Shown: one piece after another, positions 51,257-61,035 of the stretch
Position numbering within the stretch: the first letter of the stretch is position 1
Layout of the letters: each line of letters starts with the position of its first letter
Origin: Candidatus Eremiobacteria bacterium
GTDB lineage: Bacteria > Vulcanimicrobiota > Vulcanimicrobiia > Vulcanimicrobiales > Vulcanimicrobiaceae
Direction of reading: 5' to 3'
Assembly: GCA_963758295.1 (NCBI GenBank)
Contig: CAVWUU010000004.1
Span: 544,001 to 608,000 of the forward strand
DNA length: 64,000 nt
The notes under the pieces: generated by a model
What the model was told of the DNA's origin: nothing
Seen by the model: the letters and a program-made list of their open reading frames with translations, nothing else
Databases searched by the model: none
Position numbers and translations under genes: made by a program

Positions 51257-52506
51257 GCTATGCCTCCGAAGCGTTCAATTCGAAATGGAGTAAGGTCGAT
51301 CGCGGGTTCGCGCCCTAACACGAGCGAGCTCATCACGTTTGCCGAGATGCCGGCTTGCGTCAATCCTAGATGCTGGTGCCCAAAGCAGTAAAACAGATTC
51401 GCGTGCTTTGAGCCTTTGCCCATCGCGGGAAGCGAATCCGGCAGCGACGGCCGGAAGCCCATCCAACGGGTGCTTTGCTGTTTCTCGACGCCCGGCAAGT
51501 AATGCTTCGCTAAATCGTATAGTACGTCCGAGCGGCGCGGATTCATCGGCGCGCGCGTGCCCGCGAATTCCACGGTCCCGGCGAGGCGGATGCCGCTGTC
51601 GAGCCCCGTCACGCAGAAGTGCCGCTCTTGGAAAACCATCGGGCGGTGCACGGTGACACCCGGCTCCGGAAGCATCAAGTGGTACCCGCGTTCGGTTTCA
51701 ATGGGCACGCGATACCCAAGCGGCGATAACAGCGCACCCGACCACACGCCGGCGGCGACGACGACCCGTCGCGCGTTGAAGCGTTCTCCCGCATGGAGGA
51801 CATACGAGCCATTTGCTTCCGGCACTATATGCGTAACGCGATTGCGGAAAATGCGCGCGCCACGCGAGACAGCCGCAACTGCAAGGCTTGCACTAAACGC
51901 AAGCGGGTCCGTGCAGCGGGCGGAGCCGGGGAAAAAGATCGCGCCGGCGAGGCCCCTCGCGAGCGATGGCTCGAGTTCATGCAATTCCGAGGACGTGAGT
52001 AAACGCGCACCGATGCCAAAGGACTGCAGCGTTTCAACTTGTGGTGCGACCGCGCGTAACGTCTTCTCCTGTTCGCACACGAGCAGACCGCCGTTGTGAT
52101 CGAGATAGTTCTGTGCGCCGGCCAACTGCGCCAGCTCATCGAGCGCGGCGAGCGCATTACGATTGAGACTCGCAAGCGCGGCCGTGTTGCGGCGAACGGC
52201 CGAAGGGCGCATGGCGGCAAGAAAGCGCAAACCCCACGGCACGAGCGTCGGAAGATACGACGGGCGGATCACGAGCGGTCCCAGCGGATCGAGCAGCATC
52301 TTCGGCAGTTCTAGCAGCAGCGAGGGATCCGCCAGCGGAAAGATTTCGCCGACGGATATGTAGCTGGCGCTTCCGACGGCGGCACCCGTACCGGCACCGT
52401 CGGGATCGAACAACGTCACGGACGCGCCTGCGTTTTGCAGCGAGAGCGCCACAGACGTGCCGATAATGCCGCCGCCGATGATCGCGACGTCCATTTGTTC
52501 GTTCAT
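51253..52506 (-). CDS. FAD-dependent D-amino acid dehydrogenase (probable D-hydroxyproline dehydrogenase)
   Basis: IIGGGIIG, ERGYH, RLAGTVEF, WMGFRPSLPDSLP, FGHQHLGLT. Confidence 0.85.
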   Translation of the reverse strand: MNEQMDVAIIGGGIIGTSVALSLQNAGASVTLFDPDGAGTGAAVGSASYISVGEIFPLADPSLLLELPKMLLDPLGPLVIRPSYLPTLVPWGLRFLAAMRPSAVRRNTAALASLNRNALAALDELAQLAGAQNYLDHNGGLLVCEQEKTLRAVAPQVETLQSFGIGARLLTSSELHELEPSLARGLAGAIFFPGSARCTDPLAFSASLAVAAVSRGARIFRNRVTHIVPEANGSYVLHAGERFNARRVVVAAGVWSGALLSPLGYRVPIETERGYHLMLPEPGVTVHRPMVFQERHFCVTGLDSGIRLAGTVEFAGTRAPMNPRRSDVLYDLAKHYLPGVEKQQSTRWMGFRPSLPDSLPAMGKGSKHANLFYCFGHQHLGLTQAGISANVMSSLVLGREPAIDLTPFRIERFGGIA

Positions 52507-52570
52507 AAAGTTAGCCGCACACAGCTGCCGGGATGCGCCCGTGCTTCGCTGCGATCGGCATGACACCAGG

Positions 52571-52586
52571 TATACGAAATCGTATA
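52571..52586. promoter_or_regulatory. Putative GntR operator 1
   Basis: TATACG-AAAT-CGTATA palindrome in the divergent gap; related to the site at 55137. Confidence 0.65.
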
Positions 52587-52597
52587 TTAGAGGAATC

Positions 52598-53581
52598 ATG
52601 AAGAGTCCTGGAACGTTGCGAGCGATAGATTCGCATACCGAAGGTGAACCGACGCGCGTGTTGATCGACGGCGTGCCACCCTTGAGCGGCGCGACGATGA
52701 GCGAGAAGCGCGCCGAGTTGCAACGCGACTGGGACCACATACGAACCGCGCTGACCAGCGAACCGCGCGCGTCCGAGGGGACCGTTGCAGCCATTCTCAC
52801 GGAGCCGGTAACGCTGGGAGCAGCAGCGGGCGTTATCTTTGCGAACCGTTCGGCGTACCTCGGCATGTGCGGACACGGAACCATCGGCGTCGCGCGAACG
52901 CTTCAATACCTCGAACGGATCGGCGCCGGTGCGCAGCGCTTCACGCTCGACACGCCGGCGGGAAGGGTCGACGTGGAGACGTTCGAGGACGGATCCGTGG
53001 ACCTGCGCAATGTTGCATCGTACGCCTACCGGCTCGACGTCAGCGTCGACGTGCCGAACGTCGGGACAATTCACGGGGATATCGCCTATGGCGGTAATTG
53101 GTTCTTCCTCCTCGACGCGACGAAACTCGATCTGCATCTTCGGGTCGACCTCGAGAATGTTGCCGAACTGACAGCCTTTACGAAGTCGGTCGACCGGGCC
53201 TTGCGCGACCAACGAATCACCGGCCAGAACGGCGCGACGGTAGACCATGTGGAGCTGTTCGGTCCGCCACACCGCGAGGACGCTGATTCGAAGAACTTCG
53301 TGTTGTGTCCCGACGGTGCATACGATCGTTCTCCGTGCGGCACGGGAACATCCGCAAAGATGGCGGTGCTTGCACGCCGGGGCGATTTGCGCGCGGGCGA
53401 AGCGTGGCATCAAGAAAGCATCACCGGGACGTTGTTTACCGGACGATACGAAGGCGAAGGCCAATCGATCGTGCCGTACATTCGCGGGCGAGCCTTTATC
53501 ACAGCCGAAACGACACTCTTCTTCGACCGCGGCGACCCCTTCGAACACGGCATCCCGGCCGTTGCGGAACCGGCGCGCTGA
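52598..53581 (+). CDS. Proline racemase family, probable 4-hydroxyproline 2-epimerase
   Basis: DSHTEGEPTR, MCGHGTIG, GDIAYGGNWF, DRSPCGTGTSAK (Cys/Cys catalytic pair). Confidence 0.9.
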   Translation: MKSPGTLRAIDSHTEGEPTRVLIDGVPPLSGATMSEKRAELQRDWDHIRTALTSEPRASEGTVAAILTEPVTLGAAAGVIFANRSAYLGMCGHGTIGVARTLQYLERIGAGAQRFTLDTPAGRVDVETFEDGSVDLRNVASYAYRLDVSVDVPNVGTIHGDIAYGGNWFFLLDATKLDLHLRVDLENVAELTAFTKSVDRALRDQRITGQNGATVDHVELFGPPHREDADSKNFVLCPDGAYDRSPCGTGTSAKMAVLARRGDLRAGEAWHQESITGTLFTGRYEGEGQSIVPYIRGRAFITAETTLFFDRGDPFEHGIPAVAEPAR

Positions 53582-54249
53582 TGCCGAAAACGCAAGCCCC
53601 GGCCGCCACGCAGATTCTCGAGCGTCTGCGCAAAGCGATCATGAATGGCGATCTCCGCAGCGGACAGCCGCTTCGCCAAGACGATCTCGCGGCGCATTTT
53701 GGCACGAGCAAGATTCCCGTTCGTGAGGCGCTGCAGCGTCTCGAAGGCGAAGGGCTTGTGAAATCTTTTCCGCATCGCGGCGTCTTTGTCACGGAACTTT
53801 CCGCCGACGAACTGCAAGAAATCTGCGAAATCCGCGTCGATCTCGAATCGCGCGCGTTGAAACTCGCGATCAAGAACCTCGATAAGGAGACAATCGACCG
53901 GGCGCGCAAAATTTTGGACGAAGCCGAGAGCGCGAACGATTACCTCACAAGCTGGAGTGCGCGAAACTGGGCGTTTCACGCCACGATCTACGCCGAGGCA
54001 AACCGGCCGCGGCTGTTGCAGATGATCGAAACGCTGCATGGGCACACGGAACGCTATCTTCAGTTGCACGTATCGATTCTGGACTATCGCAAGAAGGGCG
54101 AGAAAGAGCATCGCGACCTGCTGAAGTTTGCGGCTCGCGGCGAAACGCAGAAAGCGGTTGCGCTGCTCTCGAGCCACATCGACAATGTCTATACGATGCT
54201 CAAACCCTATTTATCGCGCCGCGGCCCCAACTCGTTCGCGCAGCTTTAG
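53581..54249 (+). CDS. GntR family regulator (FCD domain)
   Basis: LRQDDLAAHFGTSKIPVREALQRLEGEGLV; N.AFH. Confidence 0.92.
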   Translation: MPKTQAPAATQILERLRKAIMNGDLRSGQPLRQDDLAAHFGTSKIPVREALQRLEGEGLVKSFPHRGVFVTELSADELQEICEIRVDLESRALKLAIKNLDKETIDRARKILDEAESANDYLTSWSARNWAFHATIYAEANRPRLLQMIETLHGHTERYLQLHVSILDYRKKGEKEHRDLLKFAARGETQKAVALLSSHIDNVYTMLKPYLSRRGPNSFAQL

Positions 54250-55136
54250 GCATTCGCGAATAAGCGCCAGTTGCGAAGCGAGTTCCTCGCCTTCCAATTC
54301 CAGGCGCGGCGGACGTACCCGCGCGGATCCGTGTCCAACTTCGGCTTGAACCAACTTGATGAGCTGAATGAATTTCGGCACCGTGTCGAGCCGCAGCAGC
54401 GGCAAGAACCACTCATACAGACTGCGCGCCAGATCTTCATCGGCTGCAACGCCCTCATCGCCCGTCACGAGGTTGAACAAGCGCACCGACTCTTCCGGAA
54501 GCGCGTTCACGAGGCCGGCGATCCAGCCGACCGCCCCGGCATGTACCGATTCAACGATTGCGTCGTCGACGCCGCAGAAAATCGCGAGCCGGTCGCCGAG
54601 TAGACGACGGATCTCCGTTACGCGCCGCACGTCCGTACTCGATTCTTTTACGGCATGCAAATTCGCATGACGCTCGGCCAGAGCTGCGACGCGTTCCGGT
54701 AAGACGTCGGTCCCGTACGCTATCGGATTGTTATAAAGCATGCAGGAGAGCGGCGTGGCAGAAATGACCGCATCGAAGTGCGCTTCCATTTCCCGCGTGT
54801 CGCCACGGTACACGTAAGGCGGCAGCACCATGAGGCCTTCGCATCCGGCCGCCTGCGCCGCTTTTGCGAGATCGACCGCCTCTGCTGTCCGAAGTCCCGC
54901 AACGCCGGCAACGACGGGCACACCGAGCGGCGCCGCCACATTGATGCACGTTTCCAAAATGCGTCGTTTTTCATCGGCAACCAGCGTCGACGCTTCACCC
55001 AAAGAGCCCAGCGGTACGATGCCTCGCACGCCACCCGAATTTGCCAACGGGTCTGCTCGCCGAACGCGGCGTAATCGACCGAAAAATCCTCATCGAACGG
55101 CGTCGTGATCGCCGAAAATACGCCTCGCCATCTCAT
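54211..55136 (-). CDS. DHDPS-family enzyme, probable 1-pyrroline-4-hydroxy-2-carboxylate deaminase, frameshift near 55047
   Basis: MRWRGVFSAITTPF in one frame, then GSLGE, MVLPPYVY, LYNNP and VKESS.DVRR. Confidence 0.85.
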
Positions 55137-55157
55137 ATCGTATACGATTTTATATAC
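55137..55157. promoter_or_regulatory. Putative GntR operator 2
   Basis: ATCGTATACGAT palindrome extending into TATACGATTTTATATAC directly upstream of the ATG. Confidence 0.65.
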
Positions 55158-55315
55158 GGTAGCGACTTCCTGCGCCAAGGATGAGCACAACACTCAAGGA
55201 GCGTTACATCGGCTGGGGGCAACCACGCTTGCCGGCGGCTGCCGCTGGCACTTCGCCGCGGGGCTTATCCTTTTTCTAAGCCCGTTTGCGAATGCGCCAT
55301 ACAGGTGGCATAGCG

Positions 55316-55891
55316 ATGTCCGATGCTGTGCGCATGAACCGATGCATACCGGTCGACTTGAACCCGCACGAGCGATATGCCGTTGTCGATCTCGAGACCA
55401 CCGGATTCAGCCCCGTCGCCGATCGGGTGGTCGAAATGGCGTGCGTGATCGTTGAGAACCGCCGTGTCATCGAGACATGGGCGACGCTCGTGAATCCCGG
55501 CATTTCCATTCCGCCGCGTGCAACAGCAATTCATGGCATCGCCAACGACGACGTAAGCGACGCACCCACGTTCTCGGCGGCGCAACGCCGGTTGCGCCGG
55601 TTATGTCGCGGAGCAACCGTCGTAGCGCACAACGCCGCGTTCGACTTGGCGTTTTTACCGCGGCTGTCGTCGTTTCCGTCGTTATGCACGCTAAGCCTCG
55701 CGCGGCGCGCCTTCCCTAATGCGCCCAATCATAAGAATCAGACGCTGCGGCAGTACCTCTCCATAGATGCCGATCGGGGGTTTCGCACGTTAGGCGCCCA
55801 CCGCGCCCTCGACGATGCGCTTGTTACGGCCGCCATTCTCGTTCGCTGCTTAGACCGCTTGTGCCGGACGTTTGACAAACGTGCCGGTTAG
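55316..55891 (+). CDS. DEDDh 3'-5' exonuclease (DnaQ-like)
   Basis: VVDLETTG, IHGI, VAHNAAFD, HRALDDA. Confidence 0.9.
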   Translation: MSDAVRMNRCIPVDLNPHERYAVVDLETTGFSPVADRVVEMACVIVENRRVIETWATLVNPGISIPPRATAIHGIANDDVSDAPTFSAAQRRLRRLCRGATVVAHNAAFDLAFLPRLSSFPSLCTLSLARRAFPNAPNHKNQTLRQYLSIDADRGFRTLGAHRALDDALVTAAILVRCLDRLCRTFDKRAG

Positions 55892-55910
55892 GAGCCGAAC
55901 GTTGCAATGC

Positions 55911-56731
55911 CGTCATGGTGATCCTGAAGAACAAAGCTGAAGCATCCCCGTCATGGTGAGCTTGTCGAACCAGAGGCGCATAAAAGCATTGCCGATATGC
56001 CCCCGTCCTTCGACAAAGCTCAGGATGACGCAGGGGGAACCGTCCGCGCAAGCGCGGCGGCTGATAACTAGGGAAGACCGGAGCATCCCCGTCATGGTGA
56101 GCTTGTCGAACCAGAGGCGCATAAAAGCATTGCGGATATGCGCCCGTCCTTCGACAAGCTCAGGATGACCAGGGGGAACCGTCCGCGCAAGCGCGGCGGC
56201 TGATAACTGGGAAAGCGGAAGCAGCATCCCCGTCATGGTGAGCTTGTCGAACCAGAGGCGCATAAAAGCATTGCCGATATGCGCCCGTCCTTCGACAGGC
56301 TCAGGATGACCAGGGCGAACCGTCCGCGCAAGCGCGGCGGCTGATAACTAGGAAAGCGGAAGCATCCTCCGTCATGGTGAGCTTGTCGAACCAGAGGCGC
56401 ATAAAAGCATTGCGGATATGCGCCTGTCCTTCGACAAGCTCAGGATGACCAGGGGGAACCGTCCGCGCAAGCGCGGCGGCTGATAACTGGGAAAGCGGAA
56501 GCATCCCCGTCATGGTGAGCTTGTCGAACCAGAGGCGCATAAAAGCATTGCGGATATGCGCCGTCCTTCGACAGGCTCAGGATGACCAGGGGGAACCGTC
56601 CGCGCAAGCGCGGCGGCGATAACTGGTAAAGCTGAAGCATCCCCGTCATGGTGAGCTTGTCGAACCAGAGGCGCATAAAAGCATTGCGGATATGCGCCCG
56701 TCCTTCGACAAGCTCAGGATGACCAGGGGGG
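55911..56731. repeat. REP/BIME-like array 2: six inverted REP doublets in ~139-bp units
   Basis: Same two REP arms as array 1 with a different inner spacer and an outer linker containing CCGCGC-AA-GCGCGG. Confidence 0.92.
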
Positions 56732-56732
56732 G

Positions 56733-57746
56733 CTAGACGCGGCCGTGTGAAGCGCAAGGAGATTGGCTGCGGTCGAAAATGACGCCGAGGCCACAACTGG
56801 AGCGGAACATGCGGCGGTTGTCGTGCGGGACGCCCAGGACGAAAGCAAAATCTTGATTCGTTCCTGAGGGATGGCGACGCTTCATGTAAGCGATGAAGTT
56901 CTTCCCGCGGGCGAAGCGATATGGGCCTTGCGCTTCGCCGCCGCACGTGCGGTCGAGATCGTCTTCCTTGGGATTGGTGTCTGCCGTGCCGAGTAAGTAC
57001 GTTACGTGGCGAGACACGTACTGCGCCTCAAGCTGCTGGACATTTTGGGTGACGTACGGCGGGGCGCCCGCGATGCCGTAACGCCATTGGTTGAAATCGG
57101 CGCAGTTCTTTTGTGGTATGGGGCGATCGTCGCTGAAGTAAAAATACGAGGACGGATTTGAAACGATGAGGTGAACCCGAACGCCGGCCCCGGGATTGAG
57201 CTGCGGCGCTTTGCCGACGATGGCGTAGCGCTGCACGATCTGGCCGCCGGCCGAATGACCTGCCAGAACGACTTCTTGCATGCGCGGGAAGCGCTTGCGA
57301 TCCGATAAGCGCTCAAGGATCGCGTCGAACACCGAGTAGGTGCTGATCGGCGCGGGTGCAGTTGCGGGCGATCCGCCAGGCCACTTGCCGCTCCACCGCA
57401 ACGTATTCGCGGGAACGGGGTGTCCGGCAAGATCTTCTGCTTCTACGAATTGCGGCGCAATAACTATCGTGTCGCTCGAATGGGCATCGCGCACCGATTC
57501 CATCCCGGTATCGTAGTAGTAATCCGCGTCGCGCAGCACGCCATGAACGATGATGAGCGCACGCTTCGCGTTTCGGTCGCCCTCGAGCGATCCGTTGCTG
57601 AAGTACCGCGCCATTCCGGATCCATCGGTCGTCGTAACGAGGAACTGTTTCGGCGCAAGCTTTCCGGAGTTGTCAGGTTGCGGCGTCTCGGTAGCCATTG
57701 GCGACACGAGCGCCGCGGCAAGAACAAACGCGATCGTCTTTAGCAT
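56733..57746 (-). CDS. Secreted alpha/beta hydrolase
   Basis: Signal peptide, IIVHG, IAPQF, LAGHSAGGQ nucleophile elbow. Confidence 0.85.
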   Translation of the reverse strand: MLKTIAFVLAAALVSPMATETPQPDNSGKLAPKQFLVTTTDGSGMARYFSNGSLEGDRNAKRALIIVHGVLRDADYYYDTGMESVRDAHSSDTIVIAPQFVEAEDLAGHPVPANTLRWSGKWPGGSPATAPAPISTYSVFDAILERLSDRKRFPRMQEVVLAGHSAGGQIVQRYAIVGKAPQLNPGAGVRVHLIVSNPSSYFYFSDDRPIPQKNCADFNQWRYGIAGAPPYVTQNVQQLEAQYVSRHVTYLLGTADTNPKEDDLDRTCGGEAQGPYRFARGKNFIAYMKRRHPSGTNQDFAFVLGVPHDNRRMFRSSCGLGVIFDRSQSPCASHGRV

Positions 57747-57798
57747 GGCAAGCGACGTTCGCCGTGCTCGCGGTTAGGGCATGCGGCGAAGCGATGTT

Positions 57799-58206
57799 GT
57801 GATGCGCCTGTCCTTCGACGGGCTCAGGATGACGAGGATGTGATGCGCCTGTCCTTCGACGGGCTCAGGATGACGAGGATGTGATGCGCCTGTCCTTCGA
57901 CGGGCTCAGGATGACGAGGATGGGATGCGCCTGTCCTTCGACGGGCTCAGGATGACGAGGATGGGATGCGCCTGTCCTTCGACGGGCTCAGGATGACGAG
58001 GATGGGATGCGCCTGTCCTTCGACGGGCTCAAGATGACGAGGATGGATGCGCCTGTCCTTCGACGGGCTCAGGATGACGAGGATGGGATGCGCCTGTCCT
58101 TCGACGGGCTCAGGATGACGAGGATGGGATGCGCCTGTCCTTCGACGGGCTCAGGATGACGAGGATGGGATGCGCCTGTCCTTCGACGGGCTCAGGATGA
58201 CGAGGC
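57799..58206. repeat. Tandem array 3: ten ~41-bp copies of a single REP arm
   Basis: (GATGCGCCTGTCCTTCGACGGGCTCAGGATGACGAGGATG[G/T]) x10. Confidence 0.95.
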
Positions 58207-58209
58207 GAG

Positions 58210-58785
58210 TTAGGGTGAGGGGTCGGGTGGTAGCGCGCCGGTTGGGATGGGGGCGGGAGTGCGAGTGGTGGCGACGCCGCAAGTTGTCGTGTCGTGAGCG
58301 ATGGGGGCGATGTATTTTTGGCCCTTCGCTATTTCCACCGTCGTCATTTTATGGAAGCGCTTCGGCGCGTGATACTCCGAGCGCACAAACGAAAGATCGA
58401 CGTGCCCACCGCAGAAAGTCGTAAGGCTCGTTACGGTGACACGAAGGTTTGCGCCCTTGCTCATCGCTTTGTTTGCGGCGCCGCCGGCTACCGCGCCCGC
58501 GGGACCGAGTGCGCCGGCAAGTGTGCCGGCATGCGCCTTATTTCCTTGGCGCGCGTCTTGGACCACGCCTTCGGCCATGTCGCCGGCTCGCGCAATCATT
58601 ACGCCGTCGACGATAACGTCTTGGCTAACGGTGTAAGCCAGACGCTCGCCCGCATGAAACGTTGCGGAATTAATTGCGTTATAGGTCTGCACGACGACCG
58701 GCGTATCCTTAGGGACTTGCGCGGTCGTCGTTGCAGCAACCATTAGAAGCGCGAGCGGTATCGACCACTTCGCGAGCTTGGTCAT
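58210..58785 (-). CDS. Secreted hypothetical protein (resembles 24522..25065)
   Basis: Signal peptide; INSAT..AGE.....V.QDV.VDG.MI..G..AEG.V pattern. Confidence 0.7.
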   Translation of the reverse strand: MTKLAKWSIPLALLMVAATTTAQVPKDTPVVVQTYNAINSATFHAGERLAYTVSQDVIVDGVMIARAGDMAEGVVQDARQGNKAHAGTLAGALGPAGAVAGGAANKAMSKGANLRVTVTSLTTFCGGHVDLSFVRSEYHAPKRFHKMTTVEIAKGQKYIAPIAHDTTTCGVATTRTPAPIPTGALPPDPSP

Positions 58786-59123
58786 TTGATGAGCACGACG
58801 TTATCGAAGGACCGCATGCGGCCCTTGAATTTCTGGTGGAACGTCCCGGTAGCCGTTCCCGTGTCGCCGTCCGAGTATTTAGCCGCGTTCGTCTCGTCGA
58901 TAACGAGAACGCATTTTGAGTCGCACAACTGAAAGGCGGCGACGGTTCCCATCGGCGTCTTCTGGTTTTGGAAGTGCGCTACTTTGCCGGAGACCGTAAC
59001 GGTTTTACCCTCAAATGAAGCGGGATTGGCTACGATGCTCGAGGGGGCTTGATCGGCGGCGAGAGCCGGAGCGGCTGCAATCGCAAAAAGCGCAAGCGCA
59101 GCCGTAGCGGAAAAACGTGACAT
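58782..59123 (-). CDS. Secreted OB-fold-like small protein
   Basis: Signal peptide; NPASFEGKTVTVSGKV...FQLCD...GD....TGTF. Confidence 0.65.
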   Translation of the reverse strand: MSRFSATAALALFAIAAAPALAADQAPSSIVANPASFEGKTVTVSGKVAHFQNQKTPMGTVAAFQLCDSKCVLVIDETNAAKYSDGDTGTATGTFHQKFKGRMRSFDNVVLIK

Positions 59124-59152
59124 AAAGGAATGCTCCAATCGCTGGTGTGGCG

Positions 59153-59491
59153 TTATTTGCCGGGAAGGAGATCGCAGTCGATCATCTTGTTGAGCAGCGG
59201 TCCCGCGACTTTGTTGATGAATCGCTGCCGCATCGCAGGATCTTTCTTCATCATGCCGCTTGCGCCGCCGCCGCTGCCGCTGCTCTTACGCGACTTCAGA
59301 AACGATTCGAATTGCGGGCAGGAATCGTTTTGAATTTCCGACACCATTTGATTGGCGACGTCATCGACGATCTTATTCTTCATTTGCTCGCGAAGCTGCG
59401 CTCCCGCATGTTGCGGGACGAACATAACGGCCGTAAATGCGAGGGCAATGGCCAAGGATATGCGTGGAACAGCGGAAGTAAACCGTTTCAT
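59153..59491 (-). CDS. Secreted hypothetical protein
   Basis: Signal peptide ending AGA; two Cys; RQRFINKVAGPLLNKMIDCDLLP. Confidence 0.7.
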   Translation of the reverse strand: MKRFTSAVPRISLAIALAFTAVMFVPQHAGAQLREQMKNKIVDDVANQMVSEIQNDSCPQFESFLKSRKSSGSGGGASGMMKKDPAMRQRFINKVAGPLLNKMIDCDLLPGK

Positions 59492-59592
59492 TACGATCCT
59501 TTCTTCGCGCGTGAAGCATTGCTGCGATCGATTGTACGCCTATTGTGCGCTTCGAACTCAGCACGGTCCACGGGCGGTCGAACGGTAAGTTG

Positions 59593-61035
59593 CTATTGGG
59601 TTACGGCTGAGACCGGCTCGGGTTGCCAGCCTCCTCCGAGGCTCTTGTAGAGTTGAATCAGTGCCACGCGTTCGTTGTATCGCGCTTGAACCAACGATAT
59701 TTCCGCGGCATAGGATTGCGTTTCGCTTACTAACACCTCCAAATACGAAGTAACGCCGCCTTCATAGCGCAGCGACGCCAAGCGCGTTGCGTCGACTGCT
59801 GCGGCGGTTTCGGCGGTCTGCGCCGTTGCCGATTTCCGGCCTTCGTCGTAAGACACGAGCGCGTTCGATACATCTTCCACGTCCTGGTGGATCGTTTGAA
59901 TGTACTGGAGCGTCGCGGCTTCTTTGCCGGCTTCATTGAGTGCAACGTTGGCGCGCACGGCGCCCGCGTTGAAAATCTGCTGGACGATCTGCGGAACGAT
60001 CGAAACAATCCCTTCGCCGTAGGTCTTCACACCCGGCGCCACGATGTTTCCAATGCCTCGCGTTACGGCTTGGGCAGATGCGGCGCCCGCCGACGCACCG
60101 ATCGTGATTTGAGGAAATAACAGCGCACGCGCTTCCCCGATCTGCGCGTTGGCCGCAATGAGCGCGGCCTCGCTCGCCTTGATGTCCGGCCGACGTTCGA
60201 TCAGCGATGCCGGCACGCCGGTCGTGGGCACATCGGGCATCGCGAGCTGCCGCTGCAAACGATAGCCGCGTTGGATCGAATGAGGATACCCGCCGATGAG
60301 CACCCCAATGGCATTTTCGGTTTGCTTGATCGCGCTGCGCAATTGCGGGATCGCAGCCTCGACTTGCGCGACGAGTTCTTGCGACTGCCGCACGTCCTGC
60401 AACGTCCCAATGCCGCCGGTGAAGCGCGCCGTAACGAGATCCAACGAAGTTTGACGCGCCGTTAGTGTCTGCTGCGAAATGACGAGTTCATCGTCGAGTT
60501 CGCGCAATTGAAAGTAGAGCGTCGCGACGGAAGACACGACCGTCGAGAGCACGGTTTCGCGAGCGAACTCGGTTTGCAACACCGTTGCGCGAGCGGCGGC
60601 CGTGGCGCTGCTGACTTTTCCGAAGAGATCGACTTCGTACGAGAGCGTCAACAAGCCGTTCGGCACGAACGTTGAGCGAGGCGACGTGGCGGGAAGCTGG
60701 CCGTTCGTTTGTTGATACGGGGCGCTGAGGACGGCGTTGAGCTGCGGAAAACGTCCTGCGCCGGCGATGGTTAGTTGCGCCTCTGCCTGCTGAATCCGTT
60801 GAGCTGCGACGAGAACGTCTTGGTTCTGGGCGACAGCCGTGCGAAGCAACTGCTGCAACGTCGGATCTTGGAAGACTTGCCACCAGCCGAGATCGCCCAT
60901 CGACTGGGTGCTTGCCGGGGACGCAGTCGCATCGGGATAAACGGCCGGCAACACGGCGTCGGGACGCTCGTACGGCGGCCCCGCGCATGTGGCCAAGAGC
61001 TGCGCCGCCACAAGGCCGGCAATGAGAAATTTCAT
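59593..61035 (-). CDS. RND efflux outer-membrane lipoprotein (NodT/OprM family)
   Basis: [45 protein letters not shown]. Confidence 0.93.
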   Translation of the reverse strand: MKFLIAGLVAAQLLATCAGPPYERPDAVLPAVYPDATASPASTQSMGDLGWWQVFQDPTLQQLLRTAVAQNQDVLVAAQRIQQAEAQLTIAGAGRFPQLNAVLSAPYQQTNGQLPATSPRSTFVPNGLLTLSYEVDLFGKVSSATAAARATVLQTEFARETVLSTVVSSVATLYFQLRELDDELVISQQTLTARQTSLDLVTARFTGGIGTLQDVRQSQELVAQVEAAIPQLRSAIKQTENAIGVLIGGYPHSIQRGYRLQRQLAMPDVPTTGVPASLIERRPDIKASEAALIAANAQIGEARALLFPQITIGASAGAASAQAVTRGIGNIVAPGVKTYGEGIVSIVPQIVQQIFNAGAVRANVALNEAGKEAATLQYIQTIHQDVEDVSNALVSYDEGRKSATAQTAETAAAVDATRLASLRYEGGVTSYLEVLVSETQSYAAEISLVQARYNERVALIQLYKSLGGGWQPEPVSAVTQ

